This document shows, piece after piece, positions 60,601-64,000 of a DNA stretch of 64,000 nt. The stretch's first letter is position 1, and each line of letters begins with the position of its first letter. The translations under genes were made by a program, and so were the position numbers. The stretch is from Podarcis erhardii (lineage: Eukaryota), in NCBI GenBank assembly GCA_964252035.1, contig OZ176214.1, one strand, 5' to 3'. The notes below the pieces were generated by a model. The model was given only the letters and a program-made list of their open reading frames with translations, was not told the DNA's origin and ran no database searches.

Positions 60601-62455
60601 GATAATAATAATAAAAATATTTTTTTATTTATACCCCACCCTCCCCAGCCAAGGCCGGGCTCAGAGCGGCTTACAAGCAATAATAAAAACAAGATGAATG
60701 ATTACAACTTAAAAACAAAAATAAAATACAACATTAAAATAATGGAACATTAAAATATTAAAATGTAGCCTCATCGCAGGAGGAGAAGGAAAAGAAAAAA
60801 GAAAGAGAGGGAGGGAGGGAGGGAATCAAATTGACTCCAAGCCAAAGCCCAGGCGGAACAACTCTGTCTTACAGGCCCTGCGGAAAGAAATCAGATCCTG
60901 CAGGGCCCTGGTCTCATGAGGCAGAGCGTTCCACCAGATCGGAGCCAGAGTTGAAAAGGCCCTGGCTCTGGTTGAAGCCAGTCTAACTTCCTTAGGGCCA
61001 GAGACCACTAGGGTGTTGCTATTTATGGACTTTGAGGCTCTCCGTGGGGCATACCAGGAGAGGCGGTCCCATAGGTACGAGGGTCCTAGGCCGTGAAGGG
61101 CTTTAAAGGTCAAAAGCAGCATCTTAAACCTGATCCTGTACTCCACCGGGAGCCAGTGCAGCTTGAAAAGCACTGGGTGAATATGCTCCCATGGCAGAGA
61201 CCCCGTGAGGAGCCTCGCTGCAGCATTCTTTACCCGCTGGAGTTTCTGGGACAGCTTCAAGGGCAGCCCCGCGTAGAGCGAATTACAGTAGTCAAGCCTG
61301 GAGATGACCGTCGCATGGATCACTGTGGCCAAGTCGGAGCGGGAAAGGTAAGGGACCAACTGCTTGATGCAGCGAAGGTGGAAAAATGTTGCCTTGGCTG
61401 TTGCTGTAACCTGCGCCTCCATGGAAAGGGAGGCGTCAAGGATTACACCCAAACTCTTAACGGAAGGCAATGGCACTAATTGGGCCCCCGCAAGAGAAGG
61501 GAGTTGGTCCCTCATCCCCATGCCATCCCGACCTAGCCATAGGACCTCTGTCTTCGAAGGATTTAGTTTCAATCGGCTCCCACGAAACCATCCAGCCACA
61601 GCTTCCAAGCATCTGGTCAGTGTGTTTGGGGCTGAGTCGGTGTGGCCATCCATCAGCAGATAGAGTTGGGTGTCATCAGCATATTGGTGGCAGCCCAGCC
61701 CAAAGCTCCAGATAATCTGGGCAAGGGGGTGCATAAAGATGTTAAAAAGCATCAGGGAGAGAATTGCGCCCTGCGGCACTCCACACACCAAGGAGTGGCG
61801 CGACGACATTTCCCTCCGTAGTGCCACCCTCTGTCCCCGACCAGAGATAAAAGAGCACAACCAGTTGCGGGCTATGCCCTGTATCTCCATGTCTGCGAGG
61901 CAGTGGTCCAGAAGATCATGATCAACCATGTCAAAGGCTGCTGACAAATCTAAAAGGATCAGCAGTCCTGACCCGCCTCGATCCAGTTGTCTACAGAGAT
62001 AATCTGTTAGGGCAACCAGAGCCATCTCCGTCCCCAAACCAGGACGGAAACCAGACTGAAATGGATCTAATGCTGATGTTTCCTCCAGAAACCTACCAAG
62101 CTGTTCAGCAACCGCTCTCTCAATTACCTTACCCAGGTATGGAAGATTTGAAACTGGGCGGTAATTGGATAGGTCTAAGGGGGGTCCGCGCAACATCTGG
62201 ACACTCCCTAATCAGCCAAGATGGGCACGGATCAAGGAGGCAGGTGGTGGGCCTACCAACTTGGAGGAATCTATCCACATCAGTAGGGAGTATCTGATCG
62301 AAATGGTCCAACACTGGACCTGAAGTCAGTCGAGGGGCCTCCAGTTCAGTCACTGTATCTAAATTGGCAGGGAGGTCATGGCGGAGCAACAGGACTTTCT
62401 CCGCAAAAAAGCTCGCGAATGCCTCACAGCTGTGGGTCAAATTTGTACTGATTTA
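60601..62455 (-). mobile_element. 5'-truncated young L2 LINE
   Basis: Reverse transcriptase ORF, 3' UTR ending ggggtataaat and an (ATT)n-like tail. The upstream piece in another frame is PTTCLLDPCPSWL. Confidence 0.92.
60826..62196 (-). CDS. L2 ORF2 reverse transcriptase domain (endonuclease missing, non-autonomous)
   Basis: 456-aa open frame with NYRPVSNLPYLGKVIE, QSGFRPG, LLILLDLSAAFD, GVPQGAILS, HQYADDTQLY and LKLNPSKTE. Confidence 0.9.
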   Translation of the reverse strand: MLRGPPLDLSNYRPVSNLPYLGKVIERAVAEQLGRFLEETSALDPFQSGFRPGLGTEMALVALTDYLCRQLDRGGSGLLILLDLSAAFDMVDHDLLDHCLADMEIQGIARNWLCSFISGRGQRVALRREMSSRHSLVCGVPQGAILSLMLFNIFMHPLAQIIWSFGLGCHQYADDTQLYLLMDGHTDSAPNTLTRCLEAVAGWFRGSRLKLNPSKTEVLWLGRDGMGMRDQLPSLAGAQLVPLPSVKSLGVILDASLSMEAQVTATAKATFFHLRCIKQLVPYLSRSDLATVIHATVISRLDYCNSLYAGLPLKLSQKLQRVKNAAARLLTGSLPWEHIHPVLFKLHWLPVEYRIRFKMLLLTFKALHGLGPSYLWDRLSWYAPRRASKSINSNTLVVSGPKEVRLASTRARAFSTLAPIWWNALPHETRALQDLISFRRACKTELFRLGFGLESI

Positions 62456-64000
62456 CTGATCCAACAGTAAATAAAAAATCTAGCACAGAAAAGCAGATAG
62501 CCCTAGCGCAACAGGAGATTTTGTGGAGTGGAGGAGGCCACAGGTTCACTCTCCATTTTTGCTAACAATGCTGGGAAGGGCCTATCGGTGAAACCTTGAC
62601 GAGCTCCTGCTGATCCAAGGAAACAAGAGTGGGCTAGATGGGCTAGTGCTCTGACTCCTATAAGGCAGCTTCACTTGTTTATATCTGATTGACTTAAGGT
62701 GCACATGAAATGAGGGGAAAACAGGCCTTTTTATGGACATGATCTCCAAGGCCTTTAGTCCCCATTTTAACCTTTCCTCACAGGGGAGTTGCTACACCCC
62801 CTTGATCATTTTGGATGCCTTTTCCTGTATCTTTTCCAGATCTGCAATATCGCTTTTTGAGGTGCATTGACAGAAAGTGATATGAGAGGTCAGGGGTCGC
62901 CACTGTGGTGTCCTTCAGATGTTGGACTCTAACTCCCAGCAGTGCGATCCATGGTCAGGGATAAGGGGAGTCGCAGTCTAACAGCAAGATCTGTGGAGTG
63001 TTGTGAGCCCTTGCTTCTCATTCTCAAATTGTAAAGGTAAAGGTAAATGAAACCATATATCCTAAAGTCTCCATTTACCTTCATTACAAGGAAATCAAAC
63101 TCTAGTTAGGCTCAGGAATCTCTGGAGTCTCTCACTGCTTGGAGATTGGGGTGCACATGACTCTGTTAAAGAGAAAACAGCACTTCCATCAGTCAATCTT
63201 CTGTCCCTTGATCTTTGTAGGAAACCATTTCAAGCACATGGCCAAACCCTACTGTCCAGGTGAAGGTTCAGCCCAACATGTTCTTTTTCTTTCTTTTTAA
63301 CCTGTAATCTCTCCATTTCAGTTCATCTTTCAAAATAAGGATCCCCTTCCCCTGCACCAGTACCTCATTCTGTTTATTTCTGCTTTTCCCAGAATCAGTC
63401 ATGCATCTGTCCATATGCAAGATGCCCTTTATCTCTCATTTTGCATGAACATTGCAGATAAAAGGGTTTTCTCATCTTGGCTGGTGATAAAGCAGGAGCT
63501 ACTCTTACGTTGAACCTAAGTGACAAAAGGGGAGTGTTTCAGCCTTAAAGTGGACCTTTTAAGGGCTAAGAGTTCTTCAGTGCAGAATTGCAAGATATAT
63601 CAAGTCAGTTTTGTTACCCAAGACGAAAAAGCAAACAGGACCCCATTGCATTTTGTATGGACAAAAGGAGGAGGGGGTATTTTGAGCAAACCAGTAATCT
63701 TTCAGAAGTTGATTTTTCAATGCTATTTGGCATATAAGTAGTTTTCTTGGAATTATTTTTGGATTGGAAAGAAATTGTGGCCACGCTGGGTCTGTTTCTA
63801 TTATTTTGGTCTTTTCTTTGTCAAGCGATTAAAGGCTTAGGCCGCTCTATACATACATTTCCTAGCATGCTTGCTTCTGCCTTGGCAATTGGTGCTGCCC
63901 TAGTCCAGGAATGTGCTTTTCATTGTCGTTTTTAACAACCTGCACAGTAAACAGATCTTCCATAGATCCAGGTGTGGCTGTAAACATGCCAGGAAACCAA

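Noticed and set aside
63031-63047. gtaaaggtaaaggtaaa, resembling a Sauria SINE or Bov-B tail
   Set aside because: Too short, with no adjoining SINE body, so it cannot be supported as an element.

Overview
This is eukaryotic, repeat-rich vertebrate DNA. The Sauria (Squam1) SINEs, Squam2- and Squam3-like SINEs, L2, CR1, L1 and Tigger-, hAT- and Harbinger-type MITEs point to a squamate reptile, probably a lacertid lizard (inference from repeat content). No host protein-coding gene can be named. The window looks like a large intron or intergenic region with a few candidate small exons and possible conserved non-coding blocks. The only convincing long reading frames belong to mobile elements: two nearly identical Penelope-like retroelement insertions (GIY-YIG endonuclease, inverted pseudo-LTRs, hammerhead ribozyme cores) in (TA)n tracts, a nearly intact Chapaev3 (CMC) DNA transposon with TIRs and a TAA target-site duplication (TSD), a Ty1/copia RNase H plus 3' LTR remnant, a young L2 reverse transcriptase fragment, and an L1 3' end with a TSD. 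The most unusual structure is the second Penelope locus (9827-11563), a ~1.7 kb palindrome in which a 46-bp non-element sequence is also duplicated in inverted orientation outside the (TA)n tracts. No CRISPR arrays, rRNA or genuine tRNA genes were seen. All family assignments come from motif recognition by eye, not database searches.
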